DNA of 64,000 nt from an uncultured Candidatus Saccharibacteria bacterium (GCA_963518125.1 CAUQHW010000004.1:6790-70789); one strand, 5' to 3'. Shown: positions 49,505-59,237, numbered from the stretch's first letter. Translations and numbers: made by a program. Notes: generated by a model from the sequence alone, not told the origin.

Positions 49505-51316
49505 ATGAGTGAAGATAAACTCTATGCAATGCGACACAGCCTGGCGCATATTATGGCGGCGGCCGTGCAGCGATTATGGCCAGATGCCAAATTCGGAGTC
49601 GGTCCGGTTGTTGAACATGGGTTTTATTACGATATTGATCTTGGCGAAACGAAGATCAGTGAGCAGCAGTTTAATAAAATTGAAAAGGTAATGCGACGGA
49701 TCATTGCCGAAAAGCAAGATTTTGTGTGCACAAAATGCCCGATTGACGAAGCAATTCAATGGGCCAAAGACAGCCATCAGCCGTATAAAGAAGAACTCCT
49801 TAATGACCTAAAACGTGCCGGGACAACGGTAGCAAAAGATCTGGACGCTGCAGAAATGGGTACAATTGCTGAAGGTGATAGTGCGCTTGATGAAGTCTCA
49901 TTCTACACAAACGGATCGTTTAAGGACTTGTGCCGTGGACCCCATATTGCAAACACCAGTCAGGTCGGCGCGTTTAAGCTGATGCGGGTTGCAGGCGCCT
50001 ATTGGCGTGGTAATGAAAAAAACCCTCAGGTGCAACGGCTGTACGGTGTGGCTTTTGCCACGCAGGAAGAGCTGGATAAATATTTGGAGAAATTAGAGCT
50101 AGCCAAACAACGTGATCACCGAAAGCTAGGCAGGGAACTTGATCTATATACAACCTCACCGTTAGTGGGTGTAGGTCTGCCGTTATTTACACCTCGTGGA
50201 ACTGTTCTGCGTGATATCGTGGCCCAATACTCAAATCAGCTGCGTCAGAGGTTTGGTTTTGAAAAAGTCTGGACGCCGCATATTACCAAAAAGGACCTGT
50301 ATGAAACGTCAGGCCACTGGGCCAAATTTGGCGAAGAGCTGTTTTTGGTTAAAAGTCAGGAAACCAGTGATGAAATGGCGTTAAAGCCGATGAACTGCCC
50401 GCACCATACGCAGATTTTTGCTTCACAACCTCGTAGCTACCGCGATATGCCGGTGCGCTACTTGGAGACGACCACTGATTATCGTGACGAGAAAACCGGT
50501 GAGCTTGGTGGTCTGAATCGCGTGCGCTCATTAACCCAGGACGATAGTCATGTTTTCTGTCGTCCAGATCAAATTGAGCAAGAGATCAATAATTTGCTGT
50601 CCGCTGCCCAGGAATTGTACGGTACTATTGATATGAAACTGCGGGTTCGACTGAGTTATCGCGATGATTCTGATGCATATTTGGGCGAACGTGAGCTGTG
50701 GGTTTCCGCACAAAATCAGTTGAAATCAGCCGTTGAAAAAGTTGGTTTGGACTATTTTGAGCAGGAAGGTGAGGCCGCCTTTTATGGTCCAAAGATTGAC
50801 TTTATGGCGACTGACGCTATTGGCCGTGAGCACCAAGTTGCGACGGTGCAACTGGACTTCGTGCAGCCGCAACGGTTCGGCTTAGAGTATACCGAGAGTG
50901 ATGGTAATTTTACAACACCTGTGATGATTCACTGTGCGCTGCTCGGGTCGATTGAACGATTCTTGAGTGTCTTCATTGAACACACGGGTGGCTGGTTCCC
51001 GTTTTGGGCGGCGCCAGAACAAGTACGCATTCTAACGATTAATGACACTGTCTCAGACTATGTTGATGAAATTACATCGATTTTATCAGAGGTAACATTA
51101 ATGAAACCAATAAAATACAACGATGTAAGATTTACAATAGATAGTCGTAATGAATCCCTCGGGAAAAAGATTCGTGAAGCGACTGTTGTAAAAATACCAA
51201 TACAGATTATTGTTGGGCCAAAGGATCAGATAGCACGTGTCGTAAGCATCAGGACGCATGCGGGTGAAGAGCAAATTCCGCTTGAACAGCTAGCTGAGTA
51301 TGTACGGGGACTGTAA
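49505..51316 (+). CDS. thrS: Threonine--tRNA ligase (no TGS domain)
   Basis: RHSLAH, DLCRGPH, RDHRKLG, LKPMNCP, AAFYGPKID, GSIERF; AAGGAGG RBS. Confidence 0.97.
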   Translation: MSEDKLYAMRHSLAHIMAAAVQRLWPDAKFGVGPVVEHGFYYDIDLGETKISEQQFNKIEKVMRRIIAEKQDFVCTKCPIDEAIQWAKDSHQPYKEELLNDLKRAGTTVAKDLDAAEMGTIAEGDSALDEVSFYTNGSFKDLCRGPHIANTSQVGAFKLMRVAGAYWRGNEKNPQVQRLYGVAFATQEELDKYLEKLELAKQRDHRKLGRELDLYTTSPLVGVGLPLFTPRGTVLRDIVAQYSNQLRQRFGFEKVWTPHITKKDLYETSGHWAKFGEELFLVKSQETSDEMALKPMNCPHHTQIFASQPRSYRDMPVRYLETTTDYRDEKTGELGGLNRVRSLTQDDSHVFCRPDQIEQEINNLLSAAQELYGTIDMKLRVRLSYRDDSDAYLGERELWVSAQNQLKSAVEKVGLDYFEQEGEAAFYGPKIDFMATDAIGREHQVATVQLDFVQPQRFGLEYTESDGNFTTPVMIHCALLGSIERFLSVFIEHTGGWFPFWAAPEQVRILTINDTVSDYVDEITSILSEVTLMKPIKYNDVRFTIDSRNESLGKKIREATVVKIPIQIIVGPKDQIARVVSIRTHAGEEQIPLEQLAEYVRGL

Positions 51317-51320
51317 TCTT

Positions 51321-51936
51321 GTGCGTAGGCTAAGAATTGCAATTGATATCGACGATGTTCTAGCAGAAAATGCAATCGGGTTTGTGGCGTTTAGCAATGA
51401 ACGGTGGGGCACACGATTGAGTGTTGATGACTATAGCGAACATTGGTCAGAGATGTGGCATGTTGATAGCGAGGAGGCAGAACGGCGTGCTTATGTCTTT
51501 CACGACTCTGGTGTGATAAAGGGATATGCTCATATAGGGGGGGGCGGAGGAGGTGCTTAGAAACATGTCGCAGGTGCATCATCTCATGGTGGCTACTTCG
51601 CGTCGCTTGCAGGTGCAAAGCGATACACTGCTTTGGATCGAGGAGTATTTTCCAGGGATTTTCGCCAGTTCTGCGGTCTACTTCTCTGGCCTATGGGATA
51701 CAGTGCACGAGGGCTCTCATAAACTGACAAAAACAGAGTTAATCACGCAAATTAATGCCGATGTTTTAATTGATGATCAGTTGAAACATTGTTTAGCTGT
51801 TTCCGAGACTGGTCGTAATGCCATCTTATTTGGTGATTATACTTGGAATAGAGCAGATAGTTTGCCGGATAGAGTGGTGCGATGCCATTCGTGGTCAGAA
51901 GTGGAGGTGGAAATTGAGCGAATTGCCAATAGCTAG
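51321..51936 (+). pseudogene. HAD-family 5'(3')-deoxyribonucleotidase (NT5C-like), frameshifted at a G8 tract
   Basis: IAIDIDDVLA motif I in the first frame, TSR and LIDD motifs in the second; G7 at 51537-51544 restores ..HIGGAEEVLRN.. Confidence 0.75.
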
Positions 51937-52237
51937 CTTGCGAGACCGGATCTATATTCTCATGGCGCAGCTACCTGACGACAAGGTGACGACGTACGGT
52001 GACTTGGCAGCACTGTCTGGACACCCGCACGCAGCGCGAATTGTGGGCGGGATAGCGCATGGTGGCCCAGAGAATTTGCCGTGGCATCGCCTAGTGAACG
52101 CGAAAGGTGGCTTGGCGGTAGGTTTTCCGGGTGGGCAAGGTGTGCAAAGGCAGCTACTTGAACAAGATGGTATTTATTGCGATGAGAGGTGGCGGATAAT
52201 TGATTTTGAGGAACGACGATGGCGGCCGAAACTATAA
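51914..52237 (+). CDS. Alkyltransferase-like (ATL/MGMT family) protein
   Basis: TTYGDLA, ARIVG, PWHRL (Trp replaces catalytic Cys); TTG start after GGAGG. Confidence 0.88.
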   Translation: MSELPIASLRDRIYILMAQLPDDKVTTYGDLAALSGHPHAARIVGGIAHGGPENLPWHRLVNAKGGLAVGFPGGQGVQRQLLEQDGIYCDERWRIIDFEERRWRPKL

Positions 52238-53103
52238 AAGCAAAATTACCCCTAGTTGTTATCGCGGGGCCGACTGCTAGTGGTAAGACCTCGCTAGCGA
52301 TTCGCCTGGCAAAACAGTATAATGGCGAAATAATTTGTGCCGATAGCAGAACAATATATCGAGACATGGATATTGGTACGGCAAAGCCGACTATGGCTGA
52401 GCGAGAAGCCGTGCCCCATTGGGGCCTTGATTTGGTCAGCCCGGGCGAGACATTTAGCGCCGCACAGTTTAAGGAGTATGCTCTGCAAAAAATAAGTGAA
52501 ATTCGCTCTCGGGGGCGTTTACCATTTCTTGTTGGCGGCACGGGCCTCTATATCGATGCAGTAATTTTTGATTTTCAATTTGGAGCTCCTCCTGATCCTA
52601 CTTTACGGCATGAGCTAGAAAAAAGGACAGTAGCCGAGTTACAATATTATTGTAGTATACACAACATAAAATTACCAGAAAATGACAAAAATAAACGCCA
52701 TCTTATACGTGCTATTGAACAAAAAAATAAAAATAACAGATATGAATTTATGATTAGAGATAATAATATCGTTGTAGGTATAGCAACAAATAAGGAAATA
52801 TTACGAACAAGAATTGTGCTCAGATCTGAACAATTATTTTTAAATAATGTTGTAAGCGAAGCAATGCTGTTGGCCCGAAAATATGGCTGGGACAATGAGG
52901 CCATGACAGGTAATGTCTACCCGCTGGTCCAAGAATTTTTGAATAAAAATATTACCGAAAATGAATTAAAGCGGCAATTTGTTATAGCTGATTGGCGGTT
53001 GGCGAAGCGACAGATGACGTGGCTGCGGCGTAACCCGTTTATCATGTGGGCGACGCTTGACTCTGCTGAACACTATTTGTCACAACTTTTGGCTCAGGCG
53101 TAA
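52219..53103 (+). CDS. miaA: tRNA dimethylallyltransferase
   Basis: GPTASGKT, ADSR.IY..MDIGTAKP, VGGTGLY, AKRQMTW. Confidence 0.96.
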   Translation: MAAETIKAKLPLVVIAGPTASGKTSLAIRLAKQYNGEIICADSRTIYRDMDIGTAKPTMAEREAVPHWGLDLVSPGETFSAAQFKEYALQKISEIRSRGRLPFLVGGTGLYIDAVIFDFQFGAPPDPTLRHELEKRTVAELQYYCSIHNIKLPENDKNKRHLIRAIEQKNKNNRYEFMIRDNNIVVGIATNKEILRTRIVLRSEQLFLNNVVSEAMLLARKYGWDNEAMTGNVYPLVQEFLNKNITENELKRQFVIADWRLAKRQMTWLRRNPFIMWATLDSAEHYLSQLLAQA

Positions 53104-53127
53104 AATTTATGGTACAATTTTTAATAC

Positions 53128-53718
53128 ATGATTGATGCGCTGTTCGGCTCAAAAACGAGGGTGAAGTTACTACACCTGTTTTTAGCGAACCCTGAAAAAT
53201 CGTTTTATGTTAGAGAGATTACGCGATTGATTGGAGAGCAAATTAACTCGGTGCGGCGTGAATTGTCAAACATGCTCAGAGTCGGAGTCATTGTGTCGAA
53301 TAATTATGACAACAAGTTGTATTATGCTGCGAATCAGCAGTATGCATACTTCACGCCACTAAAGATGATTTTTGCCGATGAACGACCGAGTGAACAGGTT
53401 GACCATAACAAAAAGAACAGTATACCATGGGTGAGCGATATTGCTCGGCTGTCCGGGCTGAAGATCGCTATAGTTGCCGGCGCGTTAGTGCGTGGATCGA
53501 CGAGTCGGGTTGATATACTGTTAGTTGGTCGACTATCGGAGTCGAGAGTTGGTGTCGCCATTAAGAAAATTGAAAAAGCCGAGGGGAGAGAGCTGAATTA
53601 TGCTGTAATGAGCTATGATGATTTTTACTATCGTCTGAGCGTTAGAGATAAGTTTGTGATGGAAATAATGAATAGTAAGCACTCGGTTGTGGTAGACGCA
53701 GAGAGCATACTAGGATAA
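53128..53718 (+). CDS. Winged-helix protein with degenerate nucleotidyltransferase-like domain
   Basis: LFGSKTRVKLL..FYVREI..NSVRREL wHTH; VDILLVG..RELNY C-terminal domain. Confidence 0.7.
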   Translation: MIDALFGSKTRVKLLHLFLANPEKSFYVREITRLIGEQINSVRRELSNMLRVGVIVSNNYDNKLYYAANQQYAYFTPLKMIFADERPSEQVDHNKKNSIPWVSDIARLSGLKIAIVAGALVRGSTSRVDILLVGRLSESRVGVAIKKIEKAEGRELNYAVMSYDDFYYRLSVRDKFVMEIMNSKHSVVVDAESILG

Positions 53719-53728
53719 GGAGACGTAT

Positions 53729-54367
53729 ATGTTTGAAGTAGAATACAAAGGTGCAAATAATGTTATTTTTACAACGAAAATGGTAAAAATTGCGTTTGAT
53801 CCAGCGTTATCGCTGGTTGGTCTTAAGGATAATCTCGGGGGGCAGGATGTTGAGATATTGTCAGAGGATAGATTTGCCGCAAGTAATGTAACACCACGGT
53901 TACTCTTCAGCGGTCCGGGTGAATATGAGGTCGGCGACGTATCTCTGAAAGGGGTGGCAGCCTGGCGACACATTGATACGGAAACTGATGTTAAAAAATC
54001 AACGATTTACCGTTTAGCAATTGGCGGTGTGCGTGTTGTGGTTATAGGTAACGTTGCCCCAAAATTGTCAGAGTCTCAGCTAGAGGAGATTGGTGTCGTT
54101 GATGTTGTTGTGATACCGGTTGGCGGTGGTGGTTACACGCTTGACGCGACATCTGCGGCTCATATGGTACGCCAGCTGGAGCCGAAAGTAGTTATCCCGG
54201 TGCATTATGCTGATGGCGCGCTACACTATGAAGTGCCGCAAGACGACCTGTCAGTGTTTGTTAGCGAAATGGGCGTGGAGACTGTTGACGCTGGGCCAAA
54301 GTGGAAGGTGAAGGGAGTGACATCTTTACCCGAACAACTCTCAATCATTACTGTCGCGCGGAGCTAG
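53729..54367 (+). CDS. MBL-fold metallo-hydrolase-like protein
   Basis: GPGEYEV, VDVVVIPVGG, EPKVVIPVHY. Confidence 0.8.
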   Translation: MFEVEYKGANNVIFTTKMVKIAFDPALSLVGLKDNLGGQDVEILSEDRFAASNVTPRLLFSGPGEYEVGDVSLKGVAAWRHIDTETDVKKSTIYRLAIGGVRVVVIGNVAPKLSESQLEEIGVVDVVVIPVGGGGYTLDATSAAHMVRQLEPKVVIPVHYADGALHYEVPQDDLSVFVSEMGVETVDAGPKWKVKGVTSLPEQLSIITVARS

Positions 54368-54390
54368 GCTGGTCGATACGTTGCACTAAT

Positions 54391-54418
54391 AAACCCCCTC
54401 CTTATTTGGAGGGGGTTC
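54391..54418. terminator. Bidirectional terminator
   Basis: AACCCCCTCC-ttattt-GGAGGGGGTT between convergent genes. Confidence 0.8.
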
Positions 54419-54422
54419 GAGC

Positions 54423-54638
54423 TTAGGCGGTTTTTGTCTGTATCGGGCGTAACAGCCCTTTCTTTTTAAGAGTACGAATTGCTTGAGTACTCAGAACCAA
54501 CGTGACTTTTTGACCATCTACTACAAGAGTTTTCTTCTGTAGGTTTGGCTTAAAAGTGCGCTTGGTGCGGCGAAGGGAAAAGCTAACGTTGTGACCGTGT
54601 TGCTTGCCTTTGCCGGTTAGTTCGCATCGTGATGCCAT
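54423..54638 (-). CDS. rpmB: 50S ribosomal protein L28
   Basis: SRCELTGK...G.NVS...RTKRTFKPNLQ. Confidence 0.95.
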   Translation of the reverse strand: MASRCELTGKGKQHGHNVSFSLRRTKRTFKPNLQKKTLVVDGQKVTLVLSTQAIRTLKKKGLLRPIQTKTA

Positions 54639-54727
54639 TTCCAACCTCGCTTTATATTAATTAACTAAACAATCTATCGTATTGTAGCGGTATTTCTATA
54701 ATTAGTCAAGGTGTTATAATGGTAATT

Positions 54728-55375
54728 ATGGATTTGGCATATTTAGGTATGGTCTTGGTGGTCATTCTCGTCTCAATGACGCTCCACGAGGCGATGCATG
54801 CGTTTATGGGCTATTTCCTTGGAGATGACACAGCCAAGGCGGAGGGGCGGCTGACGTTAAACCCGCTGAAGCATATTGATCCATTCATGACGCTTTTATT
54901 GCCACTATTGCTGGCTGTGTTGGGGCTGCCAATTTTTGGTGGTGCTCGGCCGGTGCCATTTAATCCTCGGCGTGTGCGTCACGGTGAATGGGGTGCAGCG
55001 TTTATAGCGCTCGCTGGGCCACTGACTAATTTGTTTTTAGCGTTTTTAGCGTTTGGCGTGGGTGTCGTCAGCGGGGTTATTACTAGCGGCGGGCTGATTC
55101 AAAATACATTAGTGGGGCAAATCATTAGCCTCGTCGTGTTGGTTAATTTAGGTTTTTTCGTGTTTAATATGTTGCCGCTGCCACCACTTGATGGGTCGCG
55201 GGTGCTGTACGCGCTTGCTCCAGAGGGTGTGCGCCGTGGCATGGAGTGGATTGAGCGCTACGGGGTAATGGTGGTGTTCATTATCATTATGATCGGACAG
55301 GCGGTAATTGGGCGAATTATGACGTTCGCTACGAACGGTATTATCCAATTCTTTTGCGTGATTTTTGGTGTATAA
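54728..55375 (+). CDS. Site-2 protease (peptidase M50)
   Basis: HEAMH, LAGP..N, FNMLPLPPLDG. Confidence 0.92.
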   Translation: MDLAYLGMVLVVILVSMTLHEAMHAFMGYFLGDDTAKAEGRLTLNPLKHIDPFMTLLLPLLLAVLGLPIFGGARPVPFNPRRVRHGEWGAAFIALAGPLTNLFLAFLAFGVGVVSGVITSGGLIQNTLVGQIISLVVLVNLGFFVFNMLPLPPLDGSRVLYALAPEGVRRGMEWIERYGVMVVFIIIMIGQAVIGRIMTFATNGIIQFFCVIFGV

Positions 55376-55382
55376 TAGAGAT

Positions 55383-55524
55383 AGCCCCGGGTAGGCGGGC
55401 GCATATGATTTTCCTAACATCATATGATAGGGAGTCCTAATGGTCAGTCATCGTGGTGACTGGTTGCGGATACCCACCTTGCATTTATGCGGGGGAATAT
55501 CACGCGTTTGCACTGCTTGGGGCT
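55383..55524 (+). ncRNA. ssrS: Probable 6S RNA (short form)
   Basis: Closing stem AGCCCCGGGTAG/CTGCTTGGGGCT, GCGGGCGC/GCGTTTGC, central region, GGGAG..ACCCACC elements; TATAAT 55371. Confidence 0.65.
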
Positions 55525-55546
55525 TTTATGATGTATAATAATAGGG

Positions 55547-55884
55547 CAGCCTACTAAGCGATCGCTTGGCGGTGAAGCCAAGAGGAAAGTCCGGGCAGTA
55601 AAGGACACCGACAGTCGCTAACGGCGACCGGGGGTAACCCTAGGGAAAGTGCCACAGAAACAAAACTACCTTTGTGGCGATAGACACAAAGGAAAAGGTG
55701 AAACGAGTAAGGTAAGAGCTTACAGTCCTCGGTGGTGACACAGAGGAGAGGTAAACCCTGTCGACTGCAAGGAGGCCTACAAATGAGTTGTCCGCTCGTA
55801 GGCCGATAACCGCTTGATTTGCCTGGCAACAGGTAAACTAGATAGATGATCGCTCGCGACAGAACCCGGCTTATCGGTAGGCTG
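55547..55884 (+). ncRNA. rnpB: RNase P RNA (type A)
   Basis: GAGGAAAGTCCGGGC, GAAAGTGCCACAGAAA, GGTGAAAC, GGTAAACCC, ACAGAACCCGGCTTA; P1 CAGCCTAC/GTAGGCTG. Confidence 0.97.
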
Positions 55885-55924
55885 TAAACTAAAACCTTCT
55901 CTCAGCGGAGAAGGTTTTAGTTTA
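55885..55924. terminator. Bidirectional terminator
   Basis: TAAACTAAAACCTTCTC-loop-GAGAAGGTTTTAGTTTA. Confidence 0.85.
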
Positions 55925-55938
55925 CTGAAAGCACTTTC

Positions 55939-56280
55939 TTATAGTGCTGCTTTAACAATTGTGGTAAAGGCCGTAGGTTCGTTAACGGCTAACTCTGCCA
56001 ACACTTTTCGATCAAGCTCAATATTCTTTGCCTTGAGAGCAGCCATGAGCCTACCGTACGTTGTGCCCTCTTGACGAGCGGCTGCGTTAATGCGGGTAAT
56101 CCACAGGCTGCGGAGGTCTCGTTTTTTATTGCGTCGATCACGGTAGGCATATTGCAGAGCTCTAATTACCCCCTGCTTCGCTAAGCGAAAGCTACGAGTT
56201 CGATTGTGCTGCATGCCTTTAGCGGCTTTTAGAATTTTCTTGTGCTTTGCGTGTCCAGGGACGCCTCGTTTCACCCTCAT
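55939..56280 (-). CDS. rplT: 50S ribosomal protein L20
   Basis: RVKRG, YAYRDRR.KKR..R.LWI.RINAA, LDRKVLA. Confidence 0.97.
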   Translation of the reverse strand: MRVKRGVPGHAKHKKILKAAKGMQHNRTRSFRLAKQGVIRALQYAYRDRRNKKRDLRSLWITRINAAARQEGTTYGRLMAALKAKNIELDRKVLAELAVNEPTAFTTIVKAAL

Positions 56281-56283
56281 AAA

Positions 56284-56478
56284 TTAAACTCCCATTGCCC
56301 GTCGGGCATTTTTTGCCATCGAGCCTGTTACCTTTGCTGTTGTATTAATTGCCCGCTTACGGCTTTTTGACTTCTTGGCTAAGAAGTGACCGCCAAATGC
56401 ACGTTGACGAGTTAACTTGCCAGAGCTCGTTAACTTAATGCGCTTCGCGGTACCTTTGTGGGTCTTTAGTTTTGGCAT
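56284..56478 (-). CDS. rpmI: 50S ribosomal protein L35
   Basis: MPKLKTHKGTAKR; position between infC and rplT. Confidence 0.96.
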   Translation of the reverse strand: MPKLKTHKGTAKRIKLTSSGKLTRQRAFGGHFLAKKSKSRKRAINTTAKVTGSMAKNARRAMGV

Positions 56479-56984
56479 TATTTACTCCTTATTACCACAC
56501 TCAGATTGCGACCAGCCATCTGAGGCTTTTGTTCCAGAATTGCTTCCTCCTCAAGCTGATCAGTGATTTTTTGGATCAATTCGTAGCCGATTTCTTTATG
56601 CGCCATCTCGCGACCCTTATAAACGACTTGGATACGGACCTTGTGTCCATTGGCGAGAAAGTCCCGTATTTTGCGCAGCTTGACTTCGAGGTCGCCAGCG
56701 CCAATCTTCAGGCCAAAGCGCATTTGCTTAAGATCGCCGACTTTTGCCGCGCGCTTGTTGCGCTGCTGGTCTTTGATCTTTTGATATTGGAACTTGCCCC
56801 AGTCAATAATCTTGGCGACTGGTGGATTGGCATTTGGTGATATTTCAACGAGATCAAGTCCCGCATCCTCCGCCGCCTGAAGGGCGTCGCGTAGGGGCAT
56901 TATCCCCAGCTGTTCACCATCAGAACCAACAACGCGCAGTTCCCGAGCACGGATCGCTCCGTTGATACGAATTGATTTATTAAT
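56478..56984 (-). CDS. infC: Translation initiation factor IF-3 (ATT start)
   Basis: Frame extends upstream as (ATT)NKSIRINGAIRARELRVV..; LDLVEISPNANPPVAKI; AAGGAG upstream of ATT. Confidence 0.93.
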   Translation of the reverse strand: MNKSIRINGAIRARELRVVGSDGEQLGIMPLRDALQAAEDAGLDLVEISPNANPPVAKIIDWGKFQYQKIKDQQRNKRAAKVGDLKQMRFGLKIGAGDLEVKLRKIRDFLANGHKVRIQVVYKGREMAHKEIGYELIQKITDQLEEEAILEQKPQMAGRNLSVVIRSK

Positions 56985-57062
56985 CTCCTAGCTCTCCTTT
57001 TGAAGCAATTTTAGATTAATTTCACCAGTCATTGTATCAGGTATAGGGGTGGATTTCAAGCA

Positions 57063-58580
57063 CTAGGTCGGGATAATCTGCCGGTATTGTAGGCTTTCGG
57101 CGACATGAGGAATGGTTATTTCTAGTGATGACTCAAGATCAGCGATAGTGCGAGCAACCTTGATAACTTTGAAATAGCCACGAGCGCTTAGGTCAAGCTT
57201 TTTGGCGGCTGCAAGGAGAAATTGCTTAACCTCAGTCGTTAGTACAGTTATTTTATCAACACTACTGCCATCTATATCAGCGTTGTATTTATTACTATTA
57301 CCGTATCTGTTAGTTTGTAGTGTACGAGCTATCTTAATCATATTTTCAAACTGTTTTTGTTGTGGATCCGACGATGAATTACGGGACAATAAATCTTTAT
57401 GTGCGACGCGGGAAACGTTGATAGTTAAATCAATACGATCAAGGAGCGGGCCGGATAATCGCTTCTGATAGTTCAAGATTTGTGTCGATGAGCAACGGCA
57501 ACTTTTTTCTGGATCGCCCAGATAACCACATGGACAAGGGTTCATCGTGGCAACTAACATAAAATTGGCGGGGTAGTAGTATTTACCTTGGGCGCGGGAA
57601 ATTATGATCTGCTTATCCTCAAGCGGCTGACGAAGCGACTCCAATGTAGTTCGTGGATATTCTAATAATTCGTCTAAGAAAAGTGTGCCGTGGTGTGCGA
57701 GACTAATTTCGCCGGGCGTGGCCTTTGCACCACCACCAATCATTGATATGCGGCTTGCGGTGTGGTGTGGTGTGCGAAACGGTCGGTCGGTAACGATATC
57801 ATGACTAACTTGATTGCCGTCAAGATTGTGGAGTTTTGTCACCTCGATAATTTCAGCGTCAGATAGCGGCGGCAGGAGTGAATTGAGTGCGCGTGCTAAC
57901 ATGGTTTTGCCGGATCCTGGTGGTCCGGACAGCAAAATATTGTGCCTACCCGCGACGGCAATGGCGACGGCTCGCTTGGCCTGCTCTTGTCCGCGGATGT
58001 CATCAATGATGATGCCGCGTTTCTTTTGGCGATATTGCTGCTTTGTTTTTACTGCGGGTTGGATGAGTTTTTCTTGTTTGAGGTGGAGGAATAATTCCGT
58101 TAGATTATTGATGGGGATAATAGTAATGTCGGGGATGAGCAGGGCTTGTTTGCTGTTGGAGGCCGGTAGGTATATGGTTGAGACACCGTGTTGTTTGGCG
58201 GTTTCGGCGATGGTGATGGCCGAGCGAATAGGGCGAAGACTACCATCGAGTGCCAATTCACCAGCAAATAGCGCTCCCTCCAGGGCGGTTTGAGGAAGTT
58301 GTTTGCCGAGGCAGAGAATCGCGAGGGCTATTGGTAGGTCGAATTGCGTACCGTCTTTTGGTAGTTCCGCCGGGGCGAGATTGATGGTAATTTTACCTTT
58401 TGGAAAATCAAGTAGCGAGTTCTTGATGGCGCTGCGAACGCGATCACGCGATTCATCAATTGCTTTGTTGCCAAGTCCGACGATTTGTAGTCCAGGTAGT
58501 CCTCGTGATATGTCGCCTTCAATTTCAATAAGCTGACCGTGAAAGCCATATGGCGTTGCTGAAACTACCTTGCTAACCAT
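57063..58580 (-). CDS. comM: ComM/YifB Mg-chelatase-like AAA+ ATPase
   Basis: ITINLAPAELPK, GPPGSGKT, FRTPHH, GEISLAHHG.LFLDE, NPCPCG, LLDRID. Confidence 0.93.
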   Translation of the reverse strand: MVSKVVSATPYGFHGQLIEIEGDISRGLPGLQIVGLGNKAIDESRDRVRSAIKNSLLDFPKGKITINLAPAELPKDGTQFDLPIALAILCLGKQLPQTALEGALFAGELALDGSLRPIRSAITIAETAKQHGVSTIYLPASNSKQALLIPDITIIPINNLTELFLHLKQEKLIQPAVKTKQQYRQKKRGIIIDDIRGQEQAKRAVAIAVAGRHNILLSGPPGSGKTMLARALNSLLPPLSDAEIIEVTKLHNLDGNQVSHDIVTDRPFRTPHHTASRISMIGGGAKATPGEISLAHHGTLFLDELLEYPRTTLESLRQPLEDKQIIISRAQGKYYYPANFMLVATMNPCPCGYLGDPEKSCRCSSTQILNYQKRLSGPLLDRIDLTINVSRVAHKDLLSRNSSSDPQQKQFENMIKIARTLQTNRYGNSNKYNADIDGSSVDKITVLTTEVKQFLLAAAKKLDLSARGYFKVIKVARTIADLESSLEITIPHVAESLQYRQIIPT

Positions 58581-58646
58581 ATACCTAGTAAAGCATAGAT
58601 GGCTAGACTTGAAAAGGGAAGGTTGTTATAATTAAGGTGGATTGAT

Positions 58647-59045
58647 GGGGCTGATATAGCTTTCGACAATTGGACTTTATCAAGGTATTCTGCGGGCCGA
58701 CGATACGCGTAACGTATGTTTTAGTTGCAAAGTCTAAACTTGCAGGTGTATTTGCTAGCTTAAAGAGCGTTTTCACTCCGATGGCTGCTGCACCAGTCGC
58801 TGCTTAATTTAAGCGACCGTCCTTGCTTTGCGGCAACAGGCAAAGCCTAGGGTGTCATATATATGTTGCTGGCTGCATGTTCGGAAGCGGCGGACATGCG
58901 GGACTTTCTCCGCGTAACGAAGCTTGGTTTTTTCGGTTTATTTTTAAGCCGAGCAACGTTATAAAATAAATTAAAAGAACCTATGCTCGTAGACGAATGT
59001 CATGATACCAGTTGGACCCGGGGGCGGTACCCGGCAGCTCCACCA
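58647..59045 (+). ncRNA. ssrA: tmRNA
   Basis: GGGGCTG...TTCGAC 5' end, CAGCTCCACCA 3' end (G3-U70), tag ORF ending GCT GCT TAA at 58807. Confidence 0.95.
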
Positions 59046-59056
59046 TATAGTGATAT

Positions 59057-59084
59057 ATCGACCCAGGGTGGTCGATTATTTTTT
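59057..59084 (+). terminator. Terminator after tmRNA
   Basis: ATCGACC-cagggt-GGTCGAT followed by T-tract. Confidence 0.75.
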
Positions 59085-59128
59085 ATCGTAATCAGTGAGA
59101 ATGCAGCTCGAGCGTGTTGCCAGGAGAC

Positions 59129-59237
59129 GAAAACAACCACCTGCGAGTAGTGGTTGTTTTCAAAAAGTGGAGTTTTACGTGTGCTGTTTATTTTTGGCCC
59201 CTGATAAGTTGTGTATAACTTTTTTATTCAGAAGCTA
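59129..59237 (-). ncRNA. Candidate small RNA (~105 nt)
   Basis: Minus-strand TTGACA-N17-TACTAT promoter (59271-59243) and GAAAACAACCAC/GTGGTTGTTTTC hairpin; no ORF. Confidence 0.45.

Noticed and set aside
55554..55829. 91-aa minus-strand ORF
   Set aside because: Antisense to RNase P RNA
56982..56984. ATT start of infC as a novelty
   Set aside because: Well-established autoregulatory feature of infC
59046..59130. Integrated island at the tmRNA 3' end
   Set aside because: No integrase and only a 7-nt echo (GCAGCTC) of the tmRNA end
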